From NCBI GenBank assembly GCA_032718475.1, contig JAUCBJ010000241.1, positions 1 through 36,726 of the forward strand: a stretch of DNA of 36,726 nt, given 5' to 3'. Below, piece after piece: positions 35,480-36,726 of this stretch (position 1 is its first letter; every line of letters begins with the position of its first letter). Origin of the DNA: Nemertoderma westbladi. Taxonomy: Eukaryota; Animalia; Xenacoelomorpha. The notes beneath the pieces are model-generated. The model was not told the DNA's origin. It searched no databases and was given only the letters and a program-made list of their open reading frames with translations. Position numbers and translations under genes: made by a program.

Positions 35480-36400
35480 ACTGTTGTAACTTGGTAATCC
35501 CGCGTGCAAGCCGGTTTCTTTCTGCTACAATTATTAGTATAGCGCCGCCGCCCCTCTGCGAAGATATATCACTTCTGACACATGAAAAACATTGTCCTGG
35601 ACGGAATCGTCCGGGATACGGTATCCGACATACTCGACAAATGCAAGGTAACGAGGTCATCAACTTTTCCAGATCCGTTATAGCAGTTGTAAACTTAACA
35701 TGAACCCCGTCTTACAGCGCACGAATCCCAACATTACACCATGAAAATTTAAAATATGACTACCACATTACCCATAACGAGGGATAATGTTTCAATCCTG
35801 ATCCTCATGATGATAGGCGTTTTACTCAGCCTTCAGGAAATCGTCCTTGGTGTACCATCTCCATGTCGTGTTTCACGTTCACCATTAACTTTACTTCACT
35901 TTACTTTACTTTATATTACTTTACTTTACTTTACACACGAGGAATCACGGGCAGGGGAGCTAAGCTTATCCCTAGAGTTACTCGGAAACTCCATTTGTGA
36001 GGTGGGTGGATCCCGGCGTAAAGTAAATACCGATAACTTGGTGTTTCGTTTCAATCCTTTGTGACCAAACCCTCCAAACTTTACTTCCATTACACCCTAA
36101 CGCTGGTCCCCCCTGGCCGCCGCATGGATATAATCAGAGAAGCTTTGTGGAGTCCTATGTAATAATATCTGGACAACGCAAGTTTACAGTAATGGATTCC
36201 AAGAATTAACCGGAGGCAGTGTTGCCCTGAAAAATGATTTATGACAATCTGTGTTCCCGGTGTATCATCATGGCTGTGGGTTAATTATCAAAGAATCCTT
36301 TCGTGTACCTTCCGATCTACAGTGCTGACGTCAACTTCTGGGAGTAAATCAAGTTTTAAGAATTACATGGATTTTCTTTGGCTTATTTCTCCCGAACGCT
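35480..36400 (-). mobile_element. Decayed LINE (ORF1 end plus start of the APE endonuclease)
   Basis: Minus strand FKFSWCNVGIRAL...ITDLEKLM...RSDISSQRGGGAILIIV (APE RxD..GGGV motif); upstream MIHREHRLS resembles the ORF1 I.RAHR motif. Confidence 0.45.
35888..36028 (-). mobile_element. Short retroposon 3' end with (GTAAA)n tail
   Basis: (tttac)n at 35888-35932 on +, GC-rich ~95-bp body, imperfect flanking direct repeat aagtta-n-n-ggt on the - strand. Confidence 0.4.
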
Positions 36401-36726
36401 TCGTACGAAAATCGTGTCTACGAAACTACTTTAATAGGAAAATAGGAAACTATGATTTATTCCATAGAAAAGGCATAAATGAATAAGGTAAGTATAACAC
36501 ATAACCCATAAATACCGTAAACACATAAATATCACGACAAGGTTAATTTGAATGGCTCAGGGATACCTTCCGTACTTCGTAGCGGCGCCAGTTCAGTAGC
36601 GCAAATCATCCGAAGAAGCCAAAGAAAAATATAAAACGCACAAATCCCGAAGGGGGTGCATATTTCTGTCAAGATACTGTACTACATATAATGCAATTAG
36701 AGTACAATTTTTCTTTAATCAATTGG

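Noticed and set aside
35445-35520. Candidate Akt exon 4 after the good acceptor ctctccgcttgcAG
   Set aside because: The phase-2 translation (SWIFIHCLC...) does not resemble the expected EEWxxAIxxV helix, and the region overlaps a LINE relic. Exon 4 probably lies beyond the window.

Overview
AT-rich invertebrate (metazoan) genomic DNA, not prokaryotic. The backbone is the 5' part of an Akt/PKB gene on the + strand: three PH-domain coding exons at 5638-5683, 32656-32778 and 33783-33894, with the same intron positions and phases as vertebrate AKT1. Its first coding intron is about 27 kb (5684-32655). Nested antisense inside that intron are two intact paralogous two-exon genes for small, secreted, probably GPI-anchored 8-cysteine Ly6/uPAR (three-finger) proteins (6996-7507 and 22726-24253); the ORF track shows them only as unspliced fragments. 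The intron also holds a decayed egghead/bre-3 (beta-1,4-mannosyltransferase) pseudogene, split by minisatellites apparently amplified from its own coding sequence and by a 5'-truncated LINE. The rest of the window is RTE-type LINE relics, Helitron/HINE-like elements, a pogo/Tc1-like MITE and foldback elements. Notable oddities: the Akt PH domain has Leu at the normally conserved Trp80 position, a 61-bp x23 minisatellite multiplies the exon-3 splice donor, and two Tc1/mariner-type excision footprints sit where the pre-insertion sequence can be reconstructed. All family assignments come from motif recognition by eye; no database search was run.
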